From the human T2T-CHM13v2.0 reference genome, Homo sapiens, in NCBI RefSeq assembly GCF_009914755.1, contig NC_060940.1: DNA of 64,000 bases; one strand, given 5' to 3'. The notes beneath the pieces were generated by a model. The model worked only from the letters and a program-made list of their open reading frames with translations, made no database searches and was not told the DNA's origin. Positions 63,166-64,000 of this stretch are shown here, in pieces. Position 1 is the first letter of the stretch. Every line of letters starts with the position of its first letter. A program made the position numbers and the translations under genes.

Positions 63166-63417
63166 GAAGTCGAGGCGGGACTGATGCGCCTCCGTGGAGA
63201 ATGACTAAGGCCTCCCTGCTCGGGAGCCTCTGTGGAGGTTCTGGGGAGTTAGTGGTGAGGGAGCCAGGGCAGCCCTGCCCTCCTGGGGCTCCTGTTGCTC
63301 CTGTTGAGCGGAGAGAACGCATGTGGCATCATGGTTCCAAGTGCACAGACTGCCGTGATGCCCGGGTGCAGGGGCAGGTGGGCATGGGTAGGGAGGTATC
63401 CAGAGGCTGAGACATGA

Positions 63418-63978
<561 letters not shown>

Positions 63979-64000
63979 TAAATGTGGGCTGGGGCTGGCA

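Overview
Human (primate) genomic DNA, recognisable as the 16p11.2 boundary between ancestral sequence and pericentromeric segmental duplications. It has four blocks. (1) 1-~2770: the zinc-finger exon and 3' UTR of the KRAB-C2H2 gene ZNF267. (2) ~2.9-35.3 kb: almost pure retroelement debris (MER1B, ERV1/ERVL/MaLR LTRs, Alus, and a ~22 kb stack of nested plus-strand L1s that includes a full-length but dead L1PA3/4). (3) ~35.3-60.7 kb: a transposed copy of part of the immunoglobulin heavy-chain V locus. It holds five orphon V pseudogenes in the order IGHV1-17-like, (III)-16-1-like, 3-16-like, (II)-15-1-like and 3-15-like, with octamer promoters, RSSs, CTCF motifs, a 21-bp VNTR, a twin-primed L1PA7 and a young AluYb8 inside the last V exon. 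(4) ~60.7-64 kb: a GC-rich unprocessed duplicate of ARHGAP23 with three intact exons. All gene-like parts lie on the + strand. I see no evidence for a genuinely new biological system. The best leads are a ~20-unit tandem array of CTCF motifs, intact orphon RSS+CTCF modules, and the splice-phase compatibility of Ig leader exons with the ARHGAP23 exons. Gene and repeat names come from recognising sequence from memory, not from database searches; repeat subfamilies and boundaries are approximate.
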